63,875 bases of DNA from a virus (IMGVR_UViG_3300023278_002646:1-63875), one strand, 5' to 3'. Counted from the stretch's first letter, positions 19,756 to 30,855 are shown. The notes: a model not told the origin generated them from the letters alone. A program made the numbers and translations.

Positions 19756-21285
19756 CTATTCTTCAACTCTAAATTTGAACGTTTGAGGTTGCTCTTGCCA
19801 AGAATTAATGCTGTCATTATAATAAGATAATCTTATCTCATACATATAGTCTGCTTCCAAAAGAGACATATCTAAATCAAAGTAGTTGCCTTCTTTGTCG
19901 TAGGATAAGTAAGTGCTGTAATCCGAACCAGTTCCATAAGGGACTGCTGACAGATTATCTGTTACGCGATATACGCCGTATGAAGCGCTCTCAATAACAT
20001 CAGTTGGATTGTTTGCGGTCGCAACTGTATAAATCGTTGGAGACCAGTTCCTATCGCGAACAAAGAACCTAAATCTTGCTGTATCTTGTCTCGAATACTT
20101 CTTTTTAAGATTTCTACAAGATGTAATCCTATTGAATGTTGGGGCACTATCGTAAGTTGGCATCAACTCTGGATAGAATGAGCCAGTAAAGAACTCTACT
20201 CCCCCGGAGTGCCATACATCGTGTATCTCTTGAAGGGGTGTAGAAGCCGCCGTAAGAGCTACATCACAAGAATAGATGCCGGCACTCACATAACTTGCCG
20301 TAGCGTTTGTATCGCCGGCAGAGACCGTGCTCCCTCCTGCTGATAATGCGATTGCTGATCCGGTTGGTGTTCCAAAAGAACTTGAGTAGAAAGATACTGA
20401 TAAATCTCCTGTGCCAACTGATGGGAGGTTTCTCAACCCACCTCTTACATAGTTGTAGAAATACAGGCTATTTAAGTTAAATTCTGCTGGCGCGCGGGAA
20501 GAAGAGAAATAGAAGTTCTCTCTGTCATCTTGGACACGCGAGTCCCAGCGCGCTTCCAAAACAGGACGCTTAAAAAAGAACTCGCTCGATCGAGCAAAGA
20601 ACTTCTTTGTGTAATATGATTGAGTTGCCCCGACAGTGTTCTGGATTACCGGGCCCACGTCGGCGCCCGTGGAGGATGAAAAATAAGCTTCCTGAGATGC
20701 TGTTAGGCGAATCCCAAAACCGTAGTTATTAGCAAAAGCTGGGTCAGCGCCAGAGATCCACTTTTCTACTACATCGCTAACATCCACTTCTAGATTTTCA
20801 TAACCCTGCGGAAAGCTAACATTATAGTTTGAGGCGGTTCTGTAGTCACCTCCAACATCTGTCCAAGATGTAGAACTATCAGATTTTATCCAATTAGATA
20901 CTCCTAGGTCTTTATACTCGTCCATATCAAGTCCAGTACCCTCAGACCATGATCGAGACACTGGTGCTACCACCAAATTAAAATCCTGTGGTAGCGTAAA
21001 TGGATGCTCTGCGTTGGACATCTTTAAAAAGAATGAAACTGAACCAGATGCTGGTATTGTGCCTGCTGTGCGATCGGTAGAAACCTTGGAAACTGGGAAC
21101 TCAATCAATATTCTGGATAGTTCCTGTGATTGTCCGGTTGAACCAGATTCTTGTCCGTAAATAGAAAACACTTCTAGAGAATCGGCATAACCCATATTGG
21201 AGCCAGAACCTCTAGTTACAAGATTGGCTTCATAAGCATTTGTAATTGTATTATCTGCGCTAGCAGTATATCTTAAAATAGCCAT
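19756..21285 (-). CDS. Virion structural protein (DNRLRE-like beta domain)
   Basis: 509 aa; SRILIEF, W.EG.G, W...GGD, DVSDVVEKW, NYGFGIR, RPVLE pattern; adjacent to the baseplate wedge gene. Confidence 0.6.
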   Translation of the reverse strand: MAILRYTASADNTITNAYEANLVTRGSGSNMGYADSLEVFSIYGQESGSTGQSQELSRILIEFPVSKVSTDRTAGTIPASGSVSFFLKMSNAEHPFTLPQDFNLVVAPVSRSWSEGTGLDMDEYKDLGVSNWIKSDSSTSWTDVGGDYRTASNYNVSFPQGYENLEVDVSDVVEKWISGADPAFANNYGFGIRLTASQEAYFSSSTGADVGPVIQNTVGATQSYYTKKFFARSSEFFFKRPVLEARWDSRVQDDRENFYFSSSRAPAEFNLNSLYFYNYVRGGLRNLPSVGTGDLSVSFYSSSFGTPTGSAIALSAGGSTVSAGDTNATASYVSAGIYSCDVALTAASTPLQEIHDVWHSGGVEFFTGSFYPELMPTYDSAPTFNRITSCRNLKKKYSRQDTARFRFFVRDRNWSPTIYTVATANNPTDVIESASYGVYRVTDNLSAVPYGTGSDYSTYLSYDKEGNYFDLDMSLLEADYMYEIRLSYYNDSINSWQEQPQTFKFRVEE

Positions 21286-23084
21286 TATCTAATAGCTCCC
21301 TTAATATCAATGTTGGCAAACTTAAGTTCAAACACGGCATTGTTCTTGCCTTCTATTCTTCTGCCATCTGCTGATAGGTTATCTGTAAAGTTAAATGATG
21401 TGCTCGCATAAGATGCACCGTTCTTCCCAACGATTTCCAAATCAACAACATCAATAATCCCATTCACCTTTTGAAGAACTTTATAGAAATCTGTTATTAG
21501 AATAGACTCGCCTATATCATACTGATTCTTTATTAGAAAATCTCTAATCGCGTTGTTTGCTCGGCTAATAACAGTATATCGGTTGGTGTTTAGATCTATC
21601 GCAACGGAATAGTTAATCCCAAAGTTTACTATCTCCGCATCCAATATATCAATAGTATCATTAACTACCTTATATTGTATAAGCCAGTTTTTTAAGTTGT
21701 TTTTAAGTGTTGTGTTGGCAGGTAGCAACTTTCCACTAGTGTTTTGTGATATAACATAGATGTTAAGATTTCTCTTAAACTCATCAAAGTCTCTAACTAC
21801 AGCTGCTCTTTTAATAGAACCAAACTTGGCTGGCATTCCATAACAAATGGACTGGTAATCTTGGATTGTGACTGCTCTATTTTGAGTTGCGTAAAATCCA
21901 AATACTCTTTGTTTAACCTCTGATGTGGAAGGTAGCGAGACATCACCAACAAAAGGCTCCTCGTTTAGCACTTCCAGAGATGATACAACACCATTTCTTA
22001 ATGCCTGCGATAGTGACCCTTGCGAGGCAAACCTAAATATAGGACGATCAACACCGACTATGGTGTTTTCAGCAGCATTAACATCATTTGTTAAGTTGAC
22101 TCTATAACCTATTCTTAGGGATGTATCTGCTGGTGCGATTCCAAACTTATCGGTGCTTATAAGTTTTGTTGGATCAAAATCCAAGTCAGTTATATAAGTT
22201 CTGCCATTCAAATCCAAAACAAGATTGCTAGGATCCGCTACCGAGTTGGACAACAACTCCGAATCAGAACCATACCCAAACTGTAAGTATGTTTTGTTTC
22301 CTTCTCTTTCGACTGTAAACCTTCTGGCAACCGGAACTGCTTTGAGAATGTTTCTAACAGTAGAATTAGTTGATGTGTTCGTATTTCTTATTGCCTTGTA
22401 TACAACGTTTTGAGATAGGTGATCTACTTCAACGTATTCATGACCTTCTGTATCAGTAACAGAGAGCACTTCTGCTACTCTACTGTTTTCTAGATCTACA
22501 CGTAAGAATCTCTGGAACTGTCCTACCGTGGTCTCTTTAAACAAGGTTCGTCCTGAAACTGCTCTACCTTGTGATCGAATCACATAGTTTGTTGGGTTTC
22601 CGGTTGTAGAATCAACAGTTCCAACGACAACTTGGTTTGTAGAGACAGCGAAGTCAACATCTTCTAGTAAAGTATACAAACCTCCACCAGTTGAAGAGAA
22701 AATGGATCCAGCCCGTAACACCGGAGCATAGTCTAGATTTGGACCAGCAGTGTTATTATCAGACGGCACTTGGACATAAAAAGTAAGCAAGCCATAAGAT
22801 GAGGGGCTAGTGTTTAGTTTGAACCCCATCTGGCGCGCAAGGCGCACTACATTATTATATTCGATCGATGTTTCTAAGAAGGACTCGTTTGTTTGATAAT
22901 CTAGATAAAAAGATAAGATGTCGCCAATATACGAAACCGTATCCAACATCAATGAACCAAAAGATGCCTTGTTGAAATCTTTATAGTTATCGGGGTAATA
23001 TCTTTTAGCGTAGTTCTCTAAATCCCTACGAATAGAATCAAAGTCGCGACTTGTGTAATCGATTGGTTGTAGTTTCTTAGGCAT
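21285..23084 (-). CDS. Baseplate wedge subunit (T4 gp6 / baseplate J-like)
   Basis: 599 aa; IDYTSRDFDSIR, SYIGDILSFYLDYQ.NESFL, QNRAVT.QDY motifs typical of gp6-like wedge proteins. Confidence 0.88.
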   Translation of the reverse strand: MPKKLQPIDYTSRDFDSIRRDLENYAKRYYPDNYKDFNKASFGSLMLDTVSYIGDILSFYLDYQTNESFLETSIEYNNVVRLARQMGFKLNTSPSSYGLLTFYVQVPSDNNTAGPNLDYAPVLRAGSIFSSTGGGLYTLLEDVDFAVSTNQVVVGTVDSTTGNPTNYVIRSQGRAVSGRTLFKETTVGQFQRFLRVDLENSRVAEVLSVTDTEGHEYVEVDHLSQNVVYKAIRNTNTSTNSTVRNILKAVPVARRFTVEREGNKTYLQFGYGSDSELLSNSVADPSNLVLDLNGRTYITDLDFDPTKLISTDKFGIAPADTSLRIGYRVNLTNDVNAAENTIVGVDRPIFRFASQGSLSQALRNGVVSSLEVLNEEPFVGDVSLPSTSEVKQRVFGFYATQNRAVTIQDYQSICYGMPAKFGSIKRAAVVRDFDEFKRNLNIYVISQNTSGKLLPANTTLKNNLKNWLIQYKVVNDTIDILDAEIVNFGINYSVAIDLNTNRYTVISRANNAIRDFLIKNQYDIGESILITDFYKVLQKVNGIIDVVDLEIVGKNGASYASTSFNFTDNLSADGRRIEGKNNAVFELKFANIDIKGAIR

Positions 23085-23095
23085 AGTTTACTTCT

Positions 23096-23494
23096 CTAAA
23101 TAGGTTGGTCGACATCAATTTGCAGTGCTGTTGAACGTTGGAGTGGCAATATTGTAAATAATATTGAAACAGATAAGTTATGTGGAAATATATCTGGATT
23201 GTCTTCTGGTATCTGAAACCGTATATCATCAATGCGAATGTATCTTAAGTATCTCTGAGTTTGCTCTCTTATTCTTGAAGATATATTAGAGTATGTATTA
23301 CTATCATTTAACTCAAATAAATATCTGCGCAAACCTACGCCAAAGTTTGGATCCATTATTCTTTCACCCGGGATGGTAAGAATAAGCATTTTTAGATTCT
23401 GCTTTGCTAAATCTTCAAAATTTGTATTTAAGTTATATGGGCCAAATACTTCACTTACAGTTAATGGAAGTTTTGGCGAAAGTCCGGACGGCAT
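23096..23494 (-). CDS. Baseplate wedge / sheath initiator, gp25-like
   Basis: 132 aa; QNLKMLILTIPGERIMDPNFGVGL...LFE is the gp25/GPW signature. Confidence 0.9.
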   Translation of the reverse strand: MPSGLSPKLPLTVSEVFGPYNLNTNFEDLAKQNLKMLILTIPGERIMDPNFGVGLRRYLFELNDSNTYSNISSRIREQTQRYLRYIRIDDIRFQIPEDNPDIFPHNLSVSILFTILPLQRSTALQIDVDQPI

Positions 23495-23504
23495 TTATCC
23501 TCTC

Positions 23505-25064
23505 CTAAGTTTGTTCCTCAGTATCCCCACATGGAGATTCTTCGGTAACTGGGTCTACTTGATCACTACACTCGTTTTCGTTAGCATTTTGGGCGCTAGC
23601 ATCAACAACATTTTGCGTTTGGTTTGTAATATCATTTTTAAGTAGTTCCAATAGCAAATAAATCAATCCCAGAGGACTCGGCGGCATCATTAGCATTCCA
23701 GATACAGTGCCTGTAAAATCTACACCATCTATCGATATTCGCGGGAAGAAGTTCTCTGGTATCTCTGCCTGAGTGCCTTCGACGCCTTCGAGTCCAGCAT
23801 TCATTCCATTCTCGACCAAGCAGAAAAGAATTGATAATAGATCTTCGCCTGTTAAGTTTGGCTCAATAGGTATAAGAAGATTTTCTGTGGCTGCAGTTAT
23901 TTGTTCATTGGCAGTTCTTACAGCAGGATCTATTGCGGCTGCTAGTTCATTGAAAGCAAATCCCGTTCCGGTCTTAATCACTTTGGATATCGCAACGTGT
24001 GGATCGATCAGTTCTGTGAGTCCCTTCAAAATGTCAATCGGTGTCTTAATAATCATCTTGAGAATAAAGTCTCTTGCTGCCGAGTTAAAGGCAGCATTCT
24101 GATCTTGTCCGGTTGAACTTGCTACTGCCGCGTTGGAGGCAGGTCTAGATAAGTCTGGTGTTGAATCAAAGTTATTATCATTTGCGATCGTAGATAATAA
24201 TATGCTTAATACCCTATCTTTTGGCGCGACAAAAGCGTTGTTAATGCCTTGAAAATACTCTGATGTAAGATAAAAGTTATGTATTAAGGGTATTAAAGAT
24301 ATTGTATCTGAATCAAATGTAGTTGAGAAGAACCTATCAAAGTTTTGATCATTAAGAATAAAACTTATATCATCATCTTTATAATCAATCCCGAGAGTCT
24401 TAATAAGATGTTCTTGTGTGGATACAGCAGTAGAAACAGCTTCTTGTCTTAAATCTAACTCTTGATTAAGAACAAACAACAGGTTCTCGACGCGAGTGGG
24501 TGTCCATCGTCCTAATCTTCCATCTAACGGAAATCGGCGGCTGGGACCCGGGGGATTGGGGAAAACATCATAGGAAAAATCTCCAAGAAGGACCTGATAT
24601 ATTAAGATTAGGTTTCGAACTGTATAAGTTCGAACGTCATCTGGGGGTTGGACTAACTCGCTCCAAAAGAATCTCTCGGCATCTGCGCGTGCGTATGAGA
24701 GGAAGTTTGTCAAGTCAGTTGTCTGAAAATTTAAGTCTGTATACCATTGATCTATATTAAACTCTGGGAATATTTGCTGCTTAAAGTCTAGCGGAGTATT
24801 GCTAAATAAGTCTGCTGCTCTCTGGATTGTCCGATTTGAATCTTCCAACAACTCCAACCATAACTCACGACGCGAAGAGTTGGCATTACCTAGGTTTCCT
24901 TTTGTGAGAGGATCTGGATGAGGTTCATCTGGCTGGAAACTAAAACCGGGGCCTCCATTTCCAGCGTCAGATAAAGGCAATCCTAACTCGCTATGTAGTT
25001 CATTTATGCTGCTGATTGCGGCATTGCGATCTATGGGATTTTCACCGATATAATAAGTTGTCAT
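23505..25064 (-). CDS. Putative virion protein
   Basis: 519-aa ORF within the baseplate module; no recognisable domain. Confidence 0.55.
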   Translation of the reverse strand: MTTYYIGENPIDRNAAISSINELHSELGLPLSDAGNGGPGFSFQPDEPHPDPLTKGNLGNANSSRRELWLELLEDSNRTIQRAADLFSNTPLDFKQQIFPEFNIDQWYTDLNFQTTDLTNFLSYARADAERFFWSELVQPPDDVRTYTVRNLILIYQVLLGDFSYDVFPNPPGPSRRFPLDGRLGRWTPTRVENLLFVLNQELDLRQEAVSTAVSTQEHLIKTLGIDYKDDDISFILNDQNFDRFFSTTFDSDTISLIPLIHNFYLTSEYFQGINNAFVAPKDRVLSILLSTIANDNNFDSTPDLSRPASNAAVASSTGQDQNAAFNSAARDFILKMIIKTPIDILKGLTELIDPHVAISKVIKTGTGFAFNELAAAIDPAVRTANEQITAATENLLIPIEPNLTGEDLLSILFCLVENGMNAGLEGVEGTQAEIPENFFPRISIDGVDFTGTVSGMLMMPPSPLGLIYLLLELLKNDITNQTQNVVDASAQNANENECSDQVDPVTEESPCGDTEEQT

Positions 25065-25073
25065 AATAAACCC

Positions 25074-28000
25074 CTACGATGGTATAGATGGTAAACCACC
25101 CACAGGGATCCCTCCGCTTGTCTGTTGGTTATCTGATGAAACAGGAGCAAACCCTTCGTTTCTGTACCCTAAATCTAACAATCTATAAACATTTGTCCCT
25201 CGTTTAAACCATAACTTAAAATAACGGCGTCCTGTGATGTCTTCTTCGCTGACTACCTCGGAAAACCCAGAATCATTATCGGTTTGTTGTGTTTCATCTA
25301 AAGTTCCCTTAACTTGCCATCCATATCTTATTACTGGATTTGCTGCTCCTCCGAGTAATATAGCAACCCCGGGTATTGCTTCTGTTAAAACAGCATTCGG
25401 ATAATCTGACTGAATGAGGTTTCTGGCTGTGTTAAGTGCCCAATACTCATCCTCTGTGGATGTGCTAGATATATGAACAAAGATTCTATTTGTATTTGTA
25501 TTCTCGATCACTGTTTCATTAACGTATCTTTGTTGTACTTGCGTTAATGGATTTTGCTGACTTGGATATATAACATTCCCAAAATCAGATGCGGAAACGG
25601 GCAGAGGATCTAGATTTCTATCTTGTCTTTCAGAGGTTAATAGATTCTCATATTGTTCTTCCGCAACTGCCGCGGCATTTTCTCCCGAAAGTTTCATTGT
25701 CATCATCAAGCCAGTTTCTGGAATATTTAGGACCTCTATTGATGATGGAGTCAGTTGAGACAGCGCGCTAGAAATCGCAGCAGGATCATCGTTCCCAACT
25801 GTTATTCCCGGGAGAGTTCTCAATATAGACTCATTAAACGACATTTGATTTGTATTCGGGAGCGCTTTTCGCAACGCATTATTGATTGCTTGCCTGCTTC
25901 TATCAATCCTATCTGTTATTAGGAAGTCCAGTATCTCATCAAACCCAAAGAAGGTATCTTCATCTGTTACCGAAAACTGTGTGCCGGCAGGGATTGCGAC
26001 GGAACCATCGAGATATAGTATACCTCCCCTATTAACAACAACTGATCTTTGCGACTTTAAGTTGAAATAGGAAGTTAAATCCATTCGTATTCTATTTTCT
26101 GCTGATGGCTCAATATTATCAAAGTAAGTTAATAGCGATTGTAATATTTGCGATCTTATAAAAGTGAACACAAAACTGTTTCTGTCAAGAATGTTGTCGA
26201 TGTTATATGCCGACATAACAAAGATATTCTTGATGATAGTTTCTGCTATGTGTATTTGAACCATTAGCAGATACATTCCATACTTTATAACATTTCTAAC
26301 CTTTGAACTTAATGGAACGTCCTCGCCGCTACAAGCTGATTCTTTATATTCCTCAATCATTTGATTGATGATACCTTGGATATCTAGAAAATCTCCTAGT
26401 TCATCAGGAGGGCAGTTATCTGTTTGGCTAAAAAAGTTTAAGGATTGTAATGTTGCTGCGTCAAATATTCCGTTGTCCAAGATATATTCAAAGGCGTTCT
26501 CTACCAACTGTCCGTATACTCTCGGGAAGTCACTGTAATAGACTTCTTTATCCATATCTAGAGTTTGCTCGCTAAGAGAATCTAGGAACGGTTGGGCAAA
26601 CTTCTGTGCGAAAACATTTACATTCTCTAAAACATCTTCCTGTGGTTCTGAGGTATCCCATTCTGCTGCTGTCGCAAACTTTTCACCTCCTAGGATTTCA
26701 TCTTCCGCATTGTTTTGATAGAACCGATCCAGATTGAAATCTATTTTTAACTGTGAGTCGTTTTGTGTTTCTCCTCTGGCTGGGTATATCAAGGAAAGAC
26801 TATTTGGAGTTCTCGTTATCGGCTCAATATCGCGGGCAAGACCGGATTGTGCTTCGTCTTGTGCTACATCTGATACCTCTTCATCCTCAATATCTGTAAT
26901 ACTCTGAAATATATCCTCCTCATCCGGATTAGGACCAGAATCTATGTCGGATTGTGCTTCAAAAAACGGAATGGTGCCAGAGTCACCACCGATAACTGGC
27001 AGTGTCGATTGCGCATCGGGGCTAGGTCCTGAACCAATCAGAGACTGTTCTTGATAAAATGGAATATCAGTAGGATTATCAAACTTAAATAATAGCTCTA
27101 AATCTTCATAATCTTGATTAGCACCTTCAACTCCTTGAACTGTGATTCTAGAACTATAAAATTTTTGTGTCGTGGTTGACAACTCAGTGGCATTATAACT
27201 GAATGTGTCTGGCTGTATGTAATCTCTAAACCTGTTTATGAACTCTTGGTTAAACTTGTATGTTGTAAATACCGGGTTGGCAGCTGCCTGTGGATCATTT
27301 AGTTGTTCTAGTTTGTTTGCTATTCCGGTGATTCCATTTGTAAACTCAGGATCATTTAACGTATCCGACAATATCCCGAGAACTGCGGCGCCACCGTCTT
27401 CCAAAGTATTTAGGTCAAATCCTAAGGCACTTGATAGATCTACGGGGCAGTTGTCTAAATCTATTGTATTACCTACTCCTTCGAGAGCAGTTATAATCGC
27501 TGTCAAGAAGTCCAAGTTGATAGCAGAACCAGAAGGTTCAATGCCTGCGTTCACGAAAGAGTCCAGAACCGGTGACTGGTTTTGTAAAACCGGTTCCAAC
27601 AAAATCTCTTTTGCCGAATCTGCTGATGATATAAACTGTAACTGAACTGTTTCTGCCAAAACATTGAACGTCTCGGGGATTGACTTAGAGATTGTTGGGT
27701 CAACAAACTCACTATCCGGACACTCTAAATCAAAATTCGGAGGATTAACCGTTAGACCATTCTCAATAAGATCCAAAAGTTCTTGTAGATTTTCGTCTGC
27801 TAAATCTCCCTCATTCAAGCAAACATTATCTTGGTTTATCTCATAAAGTTCATTTGCTATTTGATTACATAAAGATGTCGCATCTACAACTGCTGATAAA
27901 TCAGCAAAAAAGCCAAGTATATCTGATGTTGAGTTAAGGTTATTTCTTACAACATCCAATGAGTAGTCTTGGTTGAACTCTAAAATGTTGTCCAATAAGC

Positions 28001-29861
28001 TGTCCGGTGCGTCTTCACGATTAAGAAGAAGGATGCATATATCGATTGAACTTAATATAACCGATAGATCACTTAAATATTGTAATATTTGTTCGTTTGA
28101 CAGCCCATTTTTGCTTGATAACTGGTCTAGTTGAGAACCGGCACCAACAGTAGGAAGCAAACTGTTCTCCGGATTAGGATTATTATCTATAAAATCAACT
28201 AAGTCATTGGCGCCATAGTCTGAGGATCTTGGAGTATTTAAATTACAGTTCTCTCTTAGTAGTTCAGCAACCTTCTTAATAACTTCCAGTACAGTTTGCT
28301 GGATTGTGTCGATGATCGTCTTTTCTATCTCTTTCCACAGGTCCCCAGAAATAGTAAAAGGCTTAAACATTTCCAGATCAATACTTGGTTGATTGATTGG
28401 AGATGATTTTGGCTTATCGGGAGGGTAGTATATGGATGATGAGGACCTAACTAGCGCATTCTGCACAGCCTTATTGATTCTGCCTAACTCTACATTCATG
28501 CCAAATGTCATACATATAAAAGCTTCTTTGGCTAGTTCATCTATTCCCAGTTGTCTAAAAAGATATTTAAGCTCCGGGTTTTGATCCATAAAACCAAAAG
28601 GACCGTCTTCTAGAACTCTTCCTATTACCTTAGTTACCTCAACACCGGTATTTAATACTTTAGCCTTCTGGGCTGCTGCCACTCTCTTATAAACGTCTGG
28701 ATTATCCGCTACTTCTTGTTTTAGTTTTTGTAGTTCATCTGTATCAAAGTAATCTTTAAAGCTTTTTTCTAATGAATCAACATTGTTGACATCTATGAGA
28801 CCATATTCATTAGCTACTTTTAGTAGTATATTGTCTAGTTCCTTCTTAGGTTGCGGATTAAAGTTGTCGAAAACGGTGCCGGGGGGACGGTTAAGAGAAT
28901 CTTTTACCGTATCATCGTCCAAGAAATCAAAAAATGAATAACTTGTTCCTGAGTTGTTCGCGCCCTGAATGGATGTTAAGACATTCCGGTAGTTTCTTAG
29001 GAGCGCTAATGTGAGTGGATCCTGTAAGAGTTTGTTATATTTAACGATTGAGAAGTAGCCTATCTTGAGTGGCTCGCTTTGAATCGATTTTTCTATCAAA
29101 AGATAGTTTATTCCAGATATTGCTATCTTTCCGTTCTTCTTGCCGAACAAAAGAGTTAAAGTATCTGCTTCCGAAAAGTCATAACTTGGAGACTGGATCC
29201 GCAACTGTCTTGTAAGCTCTGTTACTAGCAGGTTGAGTATCTTTGTCGCGGCGATACTCATGTACCCAAAGTCAACATTTAAGTCTATTTGACCCTCAAA
29301 ACCTTTATACTGAGAATCAAAAGTCTTTAGTCCATTATTTAAAAGCTTGTTCTCAGTACCGATTGTCCCTACCGTGAGCGTCGTCTCAGCAATAGAACTT
29401 CCTATACCTTCTCTCTCATTAAAGAAATCTAAGTTAGGCTCATAGAACGGCATCTTGCTGTCAGATTCTAGTTCTTCTCTTTTACTGTCGAAGTCATACC
29501 TAAGGTTTAATACAACAACGATTTTTGGACCAGGGGGGCTCGTTTCATAGCTCGTGTCAACCCTGACCAGATTCTTTAACTCATCTTTTATTTCAGAAGC
29601 AACATCTATGATACTAATATCACAACTAGGCTTATTAGAGTTTGGATCGCAGTTAGTCTGGAAATACTGAACATCAAATAAGTATGAATAAAACTCTGGC
29701 AAGTATGAGGTTATGAACTCTTGGACAGCAGCCTCCTTTATTCCATCATCCAATGGAGCAAGAGGAAGAAGATCCTTACTAACTTTAATCTTGACTTTGT
29801 AAAGTCCGCTTTCTTTTTCATAGAACGGAACATTAAAAGTGCTATTTTTATACATAACCAT
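25074..29861 (-). CDS. Large acidic, largely helical virion protein (baseplate hub / tape-measure region candidate)
   Basis: 1595-aa ORF between the spike and gp25 genes; function inferred from position only. Confidence 0.5.
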   Translation of the reverse strand: MVMYKNSTFNVPFYEKESGLYKVKIKVSKDLLPLAPLDDGIKEAAVQEFITSYLPEFYSYLFDVQYFQTNCDPNSNKPSCDISIIDVASEIKDELKNLVRVDTSYETSPPGPKIVVVLNLRYDFDSKREELESDSKMPFYEPNLDFFNEREGIGSSIAETTLTVGTIGTENKLLNNGLKTFDSQYKGFEGQIDLNVDFGYMSIAATKILNLLVTELTRQLRIQSPSYDFSEADTLTLLFGKKNGKIAISGINYLLIEKSIQSEPLKIGYFSIVKYNKLLQDPLTLALLRNYRNVLTSIQGANNSGTSYSFFDFLDDDTVKDSLNRPPGTVFDNFNPQPKKELDNILLKVANEYGLIDVNNVDSLEKSFKDYFDTDELQKLKQEVADNPDVYKRVAAAQKAKVLNTGVEVTKVIGRVLEDGPFGFMDQNPELKYLFRQLGIDELAKEAFICMTFGMNVELGRINKAVQNALVRSSSSIYYPPDKPKSSPINQPSIDLEMFKPFTISGDLWKEIEKTIIDTIQQTVLEVIKKVAELLRENCNLNTPRSSDYGANDLVDFIDNNPNPENSLLPTVGAGSQLDQLSSKNGLSNEQILQYLSDLSVILSSIDICILLLNREDAPDSLLDNILEFNQDYSLDVVRNNLNSTSDILGFFADLSAVVDATSLCNQIANELYEINQDNVCLNEGDLADENLQELLDLIENGLTVNPPNFDLECPDSEFVDPTISKSIPETFNVLAETVQLQFISSADSAKEILLEPVLQNQSPVLDSFVNAGIEPSGSAINLDFLTAIITALEGVGNTIDLDNCPVDLSSALGFDLNTLEDGGAAVLGILSDTLNDPEFTNGITGIANKLEQLNDPQAAANPVFTTYKFNQEFINRFRDYIQPDTFSYNATELSTTTQKFYSSRITVQGVEGANQDYEDLELLFKFDNPTDIPFYQEQSLIGSGPSPDAQSTLPVIGGDSGTIPFFEAQSDIDSGPNPDEEDIFQSITDIEDEEVSDVAQDEAQSGLARDIEPITRTPNSLSLIYPARGETQNDSQLKIDFNLDRFYQNNAEDEILGGEKFATAAEWDTSEPQEDVLENVNVFAQKFAQPFLDSLSEQTLDMDKEVYYSDFPRVYGQLVENAFEYILDNGIFDAATLQSLNFFSQTDNCPPDELGDFLDIQGIINQMIEEYKESACSGEDVPLSSKVRNVIKYGMYLLMVQIHIAETIIKNIFVMSAYNIDNILDRNSFVFTFIRSQILQSLLTYFDNIEPSAENRIRMDLTSYFNLKSQRSVVVNRGGILYLDGSVAIPAGTQFSVTDEDTFFGFDEILDFLITDRIDRSRQAINNALRKALPNTNQMSFNESILRTLPGITVGNDDPAAISSALSQLTPSSIEVLNIPETGLMMTMKLSGENAAAVAEEQYENLLTSERQDRNLDPLPVSASDFGNVIYPSQQNPLTQVQQRYVNETVIENTNTNRIFVHISSTSTEDEYWALNTARNLIQSDYPNAVLTEAIPGVAILLGGAANPVIRYGWQVKGTLDETQQTDNDSGFSEVVSEEDITGRRYFKLWFKRGTNVYRLLDLGYRNEGFAPVSSDNQQTSGGIPVGGLPSIPS

Positions 29862-29868
29862 AATATAT

Positions 29869-30855
29869 TTAATTTGTGCTATTATATTTGCTTAATATAA
29901 ATAGACCCTTATCATTTTCTGTGGCCTCTGCTCCTGCGGGAGTATCTAAATAGTTTTGTTTGATGCCGCTCATCTTTTGCATGTGTAGCATTAACTGTAC
30001 CTCTACATTGGTGAGAGTATTGATTAGAGCCTCTGTGCCCTTCGGTAATAGATTTTCAAAGTCAGGTGATGTCAGTTGTCCATAAAAAGGCGAACGGTGC
30101 GTGTGCGTCAGTAGAGCCTGCGTTAGGGTCCTGTTGTATTCAAGGAAGTTTTTGAAAAGCTCTCTTAAATCGTGAATAGCATCAATCGTCTCAGTTAAGC
30201 ATCTCTGAAGGTTCGCTCCCTTTACCATTGGTTGTAGATCCGAATCATCATTCATCGCGATTAGATCTATACCATAAGCCTGGGTGGATGCGTTTGTTAA
30301 GTCTCCACCTTGAGAATTTTCCTTATCCGTTCTGGTTACTAGTTTTATATTTTCGCGTGCGACAAACCTTAATGTATCTGCTTTCAAAGCCACCGTGCTG
30401 CGAGGACTATCTCCGGTGGTATTACCGACTGTGCCCTCTGGAAGTCCGAAATATGAATCTACATTTGCTTTCTGTGAAATATAGATGCGTGCAGCATCAA
30501 GCTTAAAGTTAGGATCGACATTTATAAGTTTTCCCTTATTGTCTCTATGGACTGCTCTATAACCTAATCTGCCTGCAACCATATCAATAGAAGCACAGTG
30601 AGTATCTTTTGAGCCACCATATCCTGATAATATGTTGCTTGGCCTGTCTAAGCCGAGAACTATAAAAGAGTTTCCTTTATTGACAACCTTCTCTTCTTTA
30701 ACAGAAATGTATACCGGAACGTCGAAGTTGCGTCTTGTTCCTTTTCCAAATCCAAAATACTGTGCTTTTCCTTCTTCTGTCAGCGAGTCATAAGTGGCCC
30801 GATCGGATTTGGGAATGAGGTTTTCATTAATTGCTGGGTTTTTCTTGTTTGCCAT
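29869..30855 (-). CDS. Putative baseplate central spike protein
   Basis: 328 aa; beta-rich DAARIYISQK..D and LKADTLRFVARENIKLV segments plus an HTH (HxH) motif like phage spike tips; follows the muramidase gene. Confidence 0.55.
   Translation of the reverse strand: MANKKNPAINENLIPKSDRATYDSLTEEGKAQYFGFGKGTRRNFDVPVYISVKEEKVVNKGNSFIVLGLDRPSNILSGYGGSKDTHCASIDMVAGRLGYRAVHRDNKGKLINVDPNFKLDAARIYISQKANVDSYFGLPEGTVGNTTGDSPRSTVALKADTLRFVARENIKLVTRTDKENSQGGDLTNASTQAYGIDLIAMNDDSDLQPMVKGANLQRCLTETIDAIHDLRELFKNFLEYNRTLTQALLTHTHRSPFYGQLTSPDFENLLPKGTEALINTLTNVEVQLMLHMQKMSGIKQNYLDTPAGAEATENDKGLFILSKYNSTN

Noticed and set aside
10920-29861. Inteins or introns in the very long ORFs
   Set aside because: No intein splice motifs, homing-endonuclease motifs or unexplained gaps recognised by eye.
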